Positions 19,420 through 28,498 of a DNA stretch of 64,000 nucleotides are shown here, piece by piece. Position numbers and translations under genes: made by a program. How positions within the stretch are numbered: the stretch's first letter is position 1; each line of letters starts with the position of its first letter. The notes beneath the pieces are model-generated. The model was not told the origin of the DNA. It was given only the letters and a program-made list of their open reading frames with translations, and searched no databases. Where the stretch lies: the NCBI GenBank assembly GCA_963727445.1, contig CAVSGI010000014.1, forward strand, positions 256,001 through 320,000. The letters run 5' to 3'. Source of the stretch: an uncultured delta proteobacterium (lineage in GTDB: Bacteria > Myxococcota_A > Polyangia > Polyangiales > B10-G4).

Positions 19420-20553
19420 TCAGTGCTCTTCGAAGGTGGTGATGGTCATGGTCTGGTTGTGCAGATCGCAGGCGGCGTGCGGCGTCGACGGACAGATCTC
19501 GCCGTAGCTGTAGAAGCCGGTCAACGTCGTACCGTCCCCCAGGATGTGCCTCACGACTTCGAGCTCCTCCTCGGTGCGCTGCTTCAGGACCAGCCTCCGG
19601 CCCACGCAGCTGATCAGGAGCGCCACCGTGGGATGGCTCGCGGCGATCTGGGCATCGCGCGCGGCGCCCTCCGCCCCTTCGATGAGGCGCTCGAAGTTCG
19701 CCTTCATCAGCTGGGCGAAGGTGCCTTCGGGCAGATCGCCGGCGAAGGTCATGGTGTCGGCCTCGTCGTCGACCGACAGGACGGTCCGCACCACGCGATG
19801 GCGCTCGTCGGGGTTGCAGCGAACGCTCAGGGGAAAGAGCAGCCCTGTCGCGGGGAGGCCTTCCGCGTACTCCCCCAGGTACTCCTTGTAGAGCCCCAGC
19901 GCCGAGCGCCCGTCGAGCTCGTAGAGCACGTTGCCCTCGGCGCGTGTGATGATGCGCTCGGGGCCGAAGGGATCCCAGCCTCCGACGGAGCCGAAGCCCA
20001 CCTTCAGCCGCCGGCCGTAGAGACCGACGGCGCAGATCTGCCCCTCGCGCGGCCTCGCGTCGGAGCAGACGATGGTGCGTTCGAAGCGGTCGCCGTCGGC
20101 GGAGAGGCCCCCGGTCACGGCGACGTTCTTGGGCAGCGCTTCGCGGAGGCCGACCGTGAGGTCGCTCCCGTTGACGTTGAGCCCGTCGCTGAAGACAAGC
20201 ACGTGGCAGAGGTCCTCGCCGGCGAGAAGATCGGCGAGGGCGCGACCCGCCTGGCGACCGCGATCGGGCGGGATCACTTCGGCGGAGACGACGCGGACCT
20301 CGGTGTGCTGGAAGTGAAGCGCGGTCCCGGACAGCGAGTCGTCGCGGACACGGATCCCCTCGATCTCACCAGCGGTGGAGCATCCGCAGATGGCGGCGCG
20401 TGGATAGGCGTCCCGGATCCGAGAGATGCGCTCGGGGCTCTCGAGCGCGCCACTGCTGCCGAAGACGAGGATGAGCTGGGTGGCGTCGTCCGGGGTCTTG
20501 GGGAGCCCGACGAACCCGTGTTCCTCGGTCCAGCTGAACTGGTGGGCCTTCAC
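19420..20553 (-). CDS. FIST N/C domain sensor protein
   Basis: GCSTAGEI, VFSDGLNVNG, GGLSAD, GWDPFG, LISCVGR, GFYSYGEI, LHNQTMTIT; its stop abuts the kinase start. Confidence 0.9.
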   Translation of the reverse strand: MKAHQFSWTEEHGFVGLPKTPDDATQLILVFGSSGALESPERISRIRDAYPRAAICGCSTAGEIEGIRVRDDSLSGTALHFQHTEVRVVSAEVIPPDRGRQAGRALADLLAGEDLCHVLVFSDGLNVNGSDLTVGLREALPKNVAVTGGLSADGDRFERTIVCSDARPREGQICAVGLYGRRLKVGFGSVGGWDPFGPERIITRAEGNVLYELDGRSALGLYKEYLGEYAEGLPATGLLFPLSVRCNPDERHRVVRTVLSVDDEADTMTFAGDLPEGTFAQLMKANFERLIEGAEGAARDAQIAASHPTVALLISCVGRRLVLKQRTEEELEVVRHILGDGTTLTGFYSYGEICPSTPHAACDLHNQTMTITTFEEH

Positions 20554-20646
20554 AACGCCGAATGGTAATCGCAAGCGCCCATCCCGGCCACGTCAACGCC
20601 CGGGAGGCCCATCGACAAGACCCGATTCTGAGATAACCTCTCGCCC

Positions 20647-23600
20647 ATGCGGTCAGGGCTTTTCTTGGTTTCGTTCGCGGCGATTCTCGCGCTCGCGGGC
20701 TCGGGGTGTGGTGACGACGAGGCGACCGACACGGGTCCCGCCGATTCGGGGATGGACGGCTCAGATGCCGACGCCGACACCGGGCCTCCCGATCCTCCGC
20801 CCCCCGCACCCCTCGATGGCGTCGAGCAGACCGCCCGGCGCACCATTCCCCAGCTCACCGAGCAGGCCTACGTGGTCCGCGTCGAGCACGACATCCCCCA
20901 CGTCTATGCCGCCAATCGCGAGGACGCCTGGCGCGTCCTCGGCTTCGTGATGGCGCAGGACCGCTTCTTCCAGATGGACCTGACCTCGCGTCTGGCGCAG
21001 GGCACCCTGTCGGAGATCCTCGGCGACGCGGCGCTCTCCACTGACATCGAAAACCGCTTCACCGGCGCCACCAAGCTCGTCGACATCTTCGAGCGGAGCG
21101 TCACCGACGAGGAAGCCGCCGAGGCGGATGCCTTCGCCGAGGGTGTGAACGCCTACATCGAGGCGGTGCGCAACCGGCTGCTGCCGCCGCCCAAAGAGCT
21201 CGACCTGGCCTACATCTTCTTCGGCCTGCGCAGCGTCAGACGACCTGCTCGTCGACTGGGATCGGCGCGACGTCGTGGCCACTGGCGCGACGATTCAGTA
21301 CGCCACCAGCTGGGAGACCGGGGACGTCGGCAAGGCGCGCGCCTTCGAGACGATCGACGATCATTTCACGGGCTTCCCCAATCGGCCCCTGCGCATGGCC
21401 GGGCTCGATGCAGGACATCATCGACCACTACGCGCCGCCCGAACGACGCGCAGCTCGGCGGCGGGATGGGGCCTCGAGACCGCTGGCTCGACGACGCTCG
21501 CCGATCATCCGGCCGGCGAACCGCGGCGCGACCTGCACCTGGGAGCGTGCTCCCCGAGCGCGGCGTCCTCGACCGCGCCCAGCTGCACATCGAGCGCGCG
21601 TCGAGGCGCTTCGGTCGCAGCGACGAGGTGGAGGGCTACGGCAGCAACTGCTGGGCGATGATGGGGAGCGCGACCGCGGACGGCTCCTCGCTCCTCGCCT
21701 GCGACGGCCATCTCTCAGCTCAGCGTCCCGGCGCTATTTCTGGTCAGTCGGGATCGACACCGTGCTCATGGGCGGCGACGCCGGAGAGACCACGCGCCTG
21801 GTGGGCTCGACCATCGCGGGCCTTCCGCCGATGGGCGTCGGGACCAATGGCCGCATCGCCTGGGGCCAGACCGCCTACTTCTCCGAGGTGACCGACTGGT
21901 ACACCGAGGAGATGGTCCTCGACTCGGACGGGATGCCCACCGCCACCATGTTCCGGGGCGAGGAGCAGCCGCTCACCACGGTCGACGAGTCGGTCGAGGT
22001 CGCCAACATCGACTCGATCGGCAGCGTCGGGCGGACCGAGACCTTCGTGCGCTTCGAGACCTTCGACGGGCGGATGATCAATTCCATCGAAGGCCGCATG
22101 GTCACCGCCGACGAGACGCTCGGCGCGGGCGAGACTCGCCTCAACGTGAACGGCGACTTGATCGTCCCGAGCGACATCGACGGTGACGGAGTGATCAGCG
22201 CCATCAGCTTCAAGTACGGGCCGCTCACCGAGGGCTACAGCCTCCTGCGCGCCTTCCGGAAGTTCCAGTTCGCCGACACGGTGGAGGACTTCCGCCAGGC
22301 GACGCGCCACTTCATCGGCTACGGCGGCTGGATGATGGCGTCGGACGCGGCCGGCAGCGTCCTGTACACCGGCTACCACGCCGTGCCCTGCCGCGACTAC
22401 CTGCCCCGCGACGGCTCGAACGTCTGGATCGACGGCGCCGATCCCCGTCGCCTCATCGACGGAACGCAATACCCCGCCTGGGACATTCCCGCTCGACCCC
22501 GACGGGCAGCGTGGACGATTCGGCGGTCGCCGCCGGAGGCCCCGAAGCCTGCGCGGTGCCCTTCGACCAATGGCCCCAGGCCCTCGATCCGGCCAAGCAG
22601 TACGTCCTCCACGCACAACAACGACCCGGCCAGCATCGCCACGGACAACGACCTCTTCGACGATCCCTACTACATCGGCGGACCGTGGATCGAGGGCTAC
22701 CGCGCGGCGCGAGACGACGAGCTGCTCGCTCAGGCGGTGATGGACGGCGACGCGGACATCGCGCGCATGGCCGCCATCCAAGGCGACCACCACTCGAACC
22801 TGGGCGAGGACTTCCTCCCCTACCTCCTCGAGGCGATCGAGGCCGCCCGCACCGCAGCCGCGGGCACGCCGGCTGCCGGCTCGGCCGAGGAGCGCCTGGC
22901 CGCGATGTGGGCGGCGGCGAGCGCCGACTACACCGAGGTCGAAACGCGGATGACGGAGTGGAACAGCGCCGGCTTCCCCACCCCCTCCGGCGTCGAGACC
23001 TTCTATCACACCCCCGCGGCCGGCGACGGTCGCCACGCGGTGGCCACCTCGATCTTCCAGGCGTGGATCCGCGTCTTCTTCAGCCTCGTACTCGACGACG
23101 AGCACATCAACCGGGCCTGTCGCCTGCGGTGACCGGCGACACCTATCGCACGCAGACGATGGACATCTTCCTTCGCGGTCGCGGCGTGGGCAATCCACTC
23201 GGCCTGGGCTCGTGGGATCCTTCCACGGAAGAGAGCGTGTTCTTCGACGACGTCACCACGACCGAGATCGAGAGCAGCCAGGAGATCGCCATCCGCGCCC
23301 TCGACCAGGCCCTCGCCTATCTCCGCTCGGAGCCCACGGCTCCCGGCATGGGCGGCTTCGGCAGCGACGACTTCGACGATTGGATCTGGGGCCTTCGCCA
23401 CATGGTCCGCTTCGACTCGCTGGTCGGCGACTTCCTCGGCGACGACGACACCTTCGGACCGATCGTCGATCAGTTCACGATCACGCCGGAGCGTCTGCCC
23501 CTGATGCCCGATCTCCCAGCAGACGACCCGCGCGCCAACCTCCCCCATTTCCCACGCCCCGCGGACATGCTCGACCTCGACGCGGCCAACCCTGGCTTCG

Positions 23601-23836
23601 GCCTGGGCGACTGGACCCACGGCTCCGGCCCGGTGTTCCGCATGGTCGTCGCGCTCGGCCCCGATGGTGTGCGCGGTCAGACGATCATCCCCGGTGGCCA
23701 GAGCGGCATGCCCGCGAGCCCCCACTTCGACGACCAGGTCAAGCTCTGGCTCGCCAACGAGACCGACCCCATGCGCTACCTCCCCGACGAGGTCGTCGCC
23801 GGCGCCGTCGGCCTCGAGCGCTTCGCACCCGAGTAA
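20647..23836 (+). CDS. Penicillin acylase / peptidase S45 (Ntn-hydrolase) lipoprotein, multiply frameshifted
   Basis: Lipobox GSGC; IPHVYA...GFVMAQDRFFQMD; beta-subunit start GSNCWA near 21640; C-terminal PGGQSG...HFDDQ. Pieces lie in different frames. Confidence 0.82.
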
Positions 23837-23876
23837 CTCACGGGTCAGATCCCGACACCCTGCGATCTACGTGTCC

Positions 23877-24062
23877 GCGCCGGCGGGAGGGTCCCAGCCC
23901 GGGGCTCGGGGGCCTTGCAGATGCGAGCGCGTGGCAAGAGCAGCGCTGTAGTCAGAGAGCGCTCGCGCAAGGCCCCCTGTCCGTCCGCGCCAACGCGGGT
24001 GATGGCACTGCGTGCGCGTTGGCACGGACGGACACCCCGGGCTGGGACCCTCCCGCCGGCGC
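23877..24062. repeat. Y-shaped palindromic intergenic element (28-bp perfect terminal inverted repeat plus two internal hairpins)
   Basis: gcgccggcgggagggtcccagcccgggg (23877-23904) is the exact reverse complement of 24035-24062; inner hairpins at 23908-23977 and 23978-24034. Confidence 0.85.
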
Positions 24063-24197
24063 TGGTGTAAGTGAAGTGAGCGAGAACTGTGCGTGAGATC
24101 GATGCGTCACCGCTCGCCAGGGCGTTGCATCACGGGCAGGCCTCCCGCCAGGATGATTGCCAAGCGCACCTACGGCTTGTTCCCAATCAGCACCTCG

Positions 24198-25052
24198 TCA
24201 GGAGCCGAGCTTGATCGCGACGATGCCGGCGGCGACCGAAGCGGCGGCGAGGACTCGTCTGCGCCCGAAAGGCTCGCCGAGCAGGACGGTGCCGATCAGG
24301 GCGGCGAAGATCACCGAGGTCTCGCGGACCGCGGCGATGAGGGCGATGGGGGCGTGGGTCATCGCCCAGAGGACGACCGCGTAAGCGCCCGCCGACAGAA
24401 CGCCGGCGATCAGTGACGGAAGCGCCCGCGCACGGACCTCGCGCAAGAGCGGGCGGCCGCCGCGCCAAAGCGCGTAGATCGCGAAGGTCGCGCCCTCGGC
24501 GACGAAGAGCCACACGACGTAGCCCGAGGTCGCACCCGAGACGCGCACGCCGATCCCATCGATGGAGGTGTAACCGCCGATACAGCAAGCGGTCGCGAAG
24601 GCCAGACCCACCGACACCCGGTGGCGCGTCCCCACCCGCCCGGTGATCGAATCCCATCCCAAGAAGAGCACGCCGGCCGTCACCATCAGGAGGCCACCGA
24701 GCGCGAGGGGACCGAGCGCTTCGCCGACCACGAGCCACGCCACCCCCGCCACGAGCACCGGAGGAAGCCCGCGCGCGATCGGATAGACCACCGAGAGGTC
24801 GCCGCGCTCATAGGCCGCCACCAGGAGCGCCAGATAGACGAGATGGATGACGGTCGACGCAGCGAGGTGCGGCCACGAAGCTGGGCTGGGCGCGGGAACC
24901 AGGAAGAGCAGCGGCGCCCCCACCAGCGCCCAGACGATGGCGAGGCCCGCCATCGACGTCAGCGGCTCGCCGCGCTTGCCCTTGAGCATGGCGTTCCACC
25001 CCGCGTGGGTCAGCGCCGCGAGGAGCACCAGCGCCAGAGCGAAGGTGGTCAC
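24198..25052 (-). CDS. DMT/EamA family transporter
   Basis: LAALTHAGWN, GDLSVVYPIARG, AVRETSVIFA...LLGE; about ten hydrophobic segments. Confidence 0.88.
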   Translation of the reverse strand: MTTFALALVLLAALTHAGWNAMLKGKRGEPLTSMAGLAIVWALVGAPLLFLVPAPSPASWPHLAASTVIHLVYLALLVAAYERGDLSVVYPIARGLPPVLVAGVAWLVVGEALGPLALGGLLMVTAGVLFLGWDSITGRVGTRHRVSVGLAFATACCIGGYTSIDGIGVRVSGATSGYVVWLFVAEGATFAIYALWRGGRPLLREVRARALPSLIAGVLSAGAYAVVLWAMTHAPIALIAAVRETSVIFAALIGTVLLGEPFGRRRVLAAASVAAGIVAIKLGS

Positions 25053-25156
25053 GGCCCGGAACCTACCGCCACCGATCGCCCGCGTCGATGCGTGGGGTCC
25101 CGAGGGATCAAAGCGGGCGGCTCCTGCGTATGTCAGAGGGAAGCCGGAGGTCTTCG

Positions 25157-25651
25157 ATGCGCTACGTCCCCTTCATCCTCGTTCTGGCCGCATGTGGAGG
25201 CGGCACGGCGACCGCGGCGGAGACCCGAACGATCGTCATCGAGCGCGTGGTGATGGAGGCCGGTCTGCCGGCGGGGGTGCAATCCGGCTTCGCAGTGGGA
25301 GACGAGGTCCTGGTGGAGTACGGCGGCACCTGGTATCCGGCCAGGGTCCAGGCCGTGCTTCCCGATGGGCGCGTGGAGATCGCCTACGACGGCTACAACC
25401 AGGACTGGAACGAAGCCGTCGGGCCCACGCGCATCCGTCCCCGCGGCGCTCTTGCCGCCCCCGGCACTCCCGTGCCATCGGCGGCGCAGCTCGCCAAGGG
25501 CGCGGCGGTCTTCGTCGAATGGCGCGGTCAGTGGTACCCCGGCCGCGTCCGCGCCGTCACCCCCGACCAACGCGTCGAGGTCGCCTACGACGGCTACGAC
25601 GATCAGTGGAACGAGACCGTCGGCCTCGCGCGCCTGCGCGTCGCCGATTAG
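25157..25651 (+). CDS. Lipoprotein with two tandem Tudor/Agenet-like domains
   Basis: MRYVPFILVLAAC lipobox; two repeats of VxVE(Y/W)xGxWYP(A/G)RVxAVxPDxRVE(I/V)AYDGYxxxWNExV. Confidence 0.75.
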   Translation: MRYVPFILVLAACGGGTATAAETRTIVIERVVMEAGLPAGVQSGFAVGDEVLVEYGGTWYPARVQAVLPDGRVEIAYDGYNQDWNEAVGPTRIRPRGALAAPGTPVPSAAQLAKGAAVFVEWRGQWYPGRVRAVTPDQRVEVAYDGYDDQWNETVGLARLRVAD

Positions 25652-26385
25652 AGCGGGCTGATCTCGAGGGAGATCTCGTAGAAGCCCTCGGCGTGGCCGC
25701 AAAGCCAACGCGCCGCGCGGCAGCGCTCGGTGACGGTCGACGCGAGGAGCTCCTGCTGATCCTCGGAGAGACGGAAGACCGGGAGCCCGAAGGCCGAGAC
25801 GTCGTCCTCGATCAGAGTGTCGAGCGGGACGAGCTCCTGACTGACGGCCAGCTCCACGTTCTCGCGGACGTGCGGCGGCAGCAGGCGCCGCCCGCGAAAC
25901 GGGCCGGCGTTCGCCCGCCACAACCAGAAGGACCAGAGGTCTTCGCAGGTCTGAAGGGCCGCGGCGGGCCTCAGGCGTGCCCCGTCCACGAAGCTGCGCG
26001 GCGACAGGAGCGGCGAGCCATCGAGGACGCTCGCTTGGACCAACGCGTCGGGTGGGGGCAGGTCCTCCATACCGAAGAGCGCCCACCGGAGGATGGCCTG
26101 CGCTTCGATCAGCCAGTGGACGTCGCGCCGGGTGTCAGCATCCCAGGACCCCACCTCGGTGTCGAAGAGGAGCTCGCGCTCGATGCGGTGCAAGTGACGC
26201 TGGACCTCTTCGATCAAGGAGTGAGACTGGACCCACATCTGCGTAGCCGCGTCGTCGCCAGCCGCCGCGCGTGTCTCCACCGCGCAGCGCAGGTCCAGGA
26301 TCATGAGCGCGAGCAGTCGCTCGGCCACCTGATTGGCCTTGGGCGGCAGCACGCCTTCTCCGTCCCATCGCGCCGTGAGATCCAC
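25648..26385 (-). CDS. DUF4272-like hypothetical protein
   Basis: WLIEAQAILRWAL, ARLRP and ERCRAARWL resemble DUF4272 patterns; stop overlaps the convergent gene. Confidence 0.5.
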   Translation of the reverse strand: MDLTARWDGEGVLPPKANQVAERLLALMILDLRCAVETRAAAGDDAATQMWVQSHSLIEEVQRHLHRIERELLFDTEVGSWDADTRRDVHWLIEAQAILRWALFGMEDLPPPDALVQASVLDGSPLLSPRSFVDGARLRPAAALQTCEDLWSFWLWRANAGPFRGRRLLPPHVRENVELAVSQELVPLDTLIEDDVSAFGLPVFRLSEDQQELLASTVTERCRAARWLCGHAEGFYEISLEISPL

Positions 26386-26440
26386 CGGGGAATCCTAGCC
26401 GAAAACCCCGCGCGTGTAGGATGGCTTACACGGCTGCCCG

Positions 26441-28286
26441 CTACTCCTGGCCCAGGGCGCGGTAGCGAACGAAGGTGTAGCGCGCTCCAGCGCCGTCCAA
26501 AGCGCGCCCCACCACGCCCTGGACGTCCGGATTCCACGCGGCGTAGCGGTCGACGAAAGCCTCCGCCTCGGCGTGATCGCCGCGCCGCTGGATGCCGATC
26601 ACCTCGGTGAGCATCGACTCCACCACCTCGGGGTAGCGGGCGTAGTCGATGCGGAGCTTGCCGAGCTCCGCGTCGAAGGAAAGCAAGCCGTGCTCGAGGA
26701 AGTAGTTGTTCTGCATGAGGTTCATGGTCGCGTAGGGATTGTCCCGCGAGGGTCGAACGGTGCGGAGCGAGCGGAGCACACCGGCCGCGTACGCCGCGCG
26801 CACGCGCTCCTCGTCGAGCACGCCCAGCTCGGCCAGCCGCGGCATGAGCCAGAGCGAGACCAGGTCCGCCTTCATCTCTTCGAAGTGGTTCTGCAGATCG
26901 GTGAGCGCTTCCGCGATCACGCGCCCATCCTCGGTGGCCTTCGGGCCGAGGTAGTGGCCGACCTCGTGCCACACCGTGCGGTCGAAGTTTCCCGACGCGC
27001 CAAGATCCTCCGCCTGTTCCGGCACCACCGCCGCGGCAAAGCGCGCGTGCCCGCGCGCCACGATGGTCGGATCGCGCAGGATGTTCTCGCGGATCAGGAT
27101 CGTCCGCCCGTAGCGCCGCGCGATGTGCGGGTCGTTCGGCAGGATGGTCGCGGTGTTGCCGCCGCGCGCCTGACCATAATCGGCGTACACCTGGTAGATG
27201 CCGATCGGGATCTGAGAGCGCACGCGCTGATAGGGGCCGCCGGGGAGCGCGTCCTCGAAGCTCTGAAGGTGGCTCACCGCCGCGTCGAGCTCGCTGGTCC
27301 CCGCCTCGCTCCGCACCAGAATGGAGACGGCGTACGCGCCTTTGACGCCGAGCAGATCGTCGTCGTAGGTCTCGTAAGCGCCCACCAGGGCGTTGACGTG
27401 CGCGGGCCGACCGCTCACCCACGCCGCATCGCCCCCCTCGTAGTCGTTGCTCAAAAGATCGCGCGCGCGCTGCTCGAGGTAGTCGGCGAGGTCGTCGTCG
27501 TCGCTGCGCACGCGCTCGCTCGCCGTGTGCAGATGGCCATACGCCTCGAGGAGCGCGTCGGCGTGGGCCAACGCATACGGGACCGCGTAGTACTGCTCGG
27601 GGTCCGGCTCGCCCGCGAGGAGCGCTTCGAGCTCGGGGTGAAGGACCTTCAGATACGGATGCTCGTCGAGGAGCGCGCGGTCGGCGGCGAGCGACTCGGC
27701 GTCGCGCACGCGGACCAGGGTGCGCGTCCCGAGCAGGTCCCCCGCCTCGGGATGCGCGTGCGCCTGGGCGCGCGCTCGATCGGGATCGACCGCCGCCGGA
27801 TAGATGTTGCGATGTGGATCGTAAGGGGCGACCGGCGCGAGGAGCTGGCGCTCGCCCTCCAGATCCCGAGATCACCGGCCCCTCGAAGAGCGCATGGAGG
27901 TCGCGCAGCTCCGAGAGATACGCGCCCTCGGCGTCGCTCGACGGCGCGTAGCTCTCGAGATAGGCGCGCACACGGAGCGCGTCGGGGTGCCGCGCGTCTT
28001 CGTAGAGCCGGTCGAAGATCTCTCCGACCGCCATCAACTCCTTCACTGCGTCGTGCTCGCCCTCGCTGAGCCCCGAGAGGTCGGCGCCAATCACCAGGCT
28101 CTCGGTGCGCGCGAGGATCGCGTCGCACCCATCCTTCGGATAGAAGCCTTCGAGCCCCTCGAAGTCGGCCGGCCCTTCTTCGTCCGACCCGGGCTCTGGC
28201 TCGGGCGCGGGCTCCGAAGGCGAATCGTCACATCCCTGGGCCATCGCGATCAGGAGCAACAGGACCTGCAGCGTCGAGGTTCGCAT
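26441..28286 (-). CDS. Peptidase M49 / dipeptidyl-peptidase III-like Zn metallopeptidase lipoprotein (frameshifted near 27770-27880)
   Basis: Lipobox AQGC; GAYETYDDDLLG, ATILPND, HEVGH zinc motif, EEMKAD. Confidence 0.8.
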
Positions 28287-28324
28287 CGCGCCGTTCTGTC
28301 ACCGATCGGCGCGAACGAAAAGCC

Positions 28325-28498
28325 TCACTCGTGCTCCTGGGCCTCCGCGTCGGTGGCGTCCCCGCTTTCGTCCTCGAGGGGCTGGTCGTCGCCGGCGGTC
28401 CAACGCTCGGTGACCTCCTCTTCGGGTGGCGGGCCCGAGCCGCCGCAGCCGGCCGCGAGAGCCAGGGCGAGGGCACAAGCGCGTGCGAAGTCCGTCAT
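28325..28498 (-). CDS. Small acidic lipoprotein, 57 aa (below the ORF-track cut-off)
   Basis: MTDFARACALALALAAGCGGSGPPPEEEVTERWTAGDDQPLEDESGDATDAEAQEHE; ATGA overlap with the upstream stop at 28495-28497; lipobox AAGC. Confidence 0.65.
   Translation of the reverse strand: MTDFARACALALALAAGCGGSGPPPEEEVTERWTAGDDQPLEDESGDATDAEAQEHE

Noticed and set aside
17842..20568. Very long antisense ORFs (908 aa here; also 649..2193, 8200..10149, 31169..33502, 33556..35709, 38299..40323, 51410..53305)
   Set aside because: These are shadow frames of genuine opposite-strand genes, expected in high-GC DNA; they show no domain motifs.
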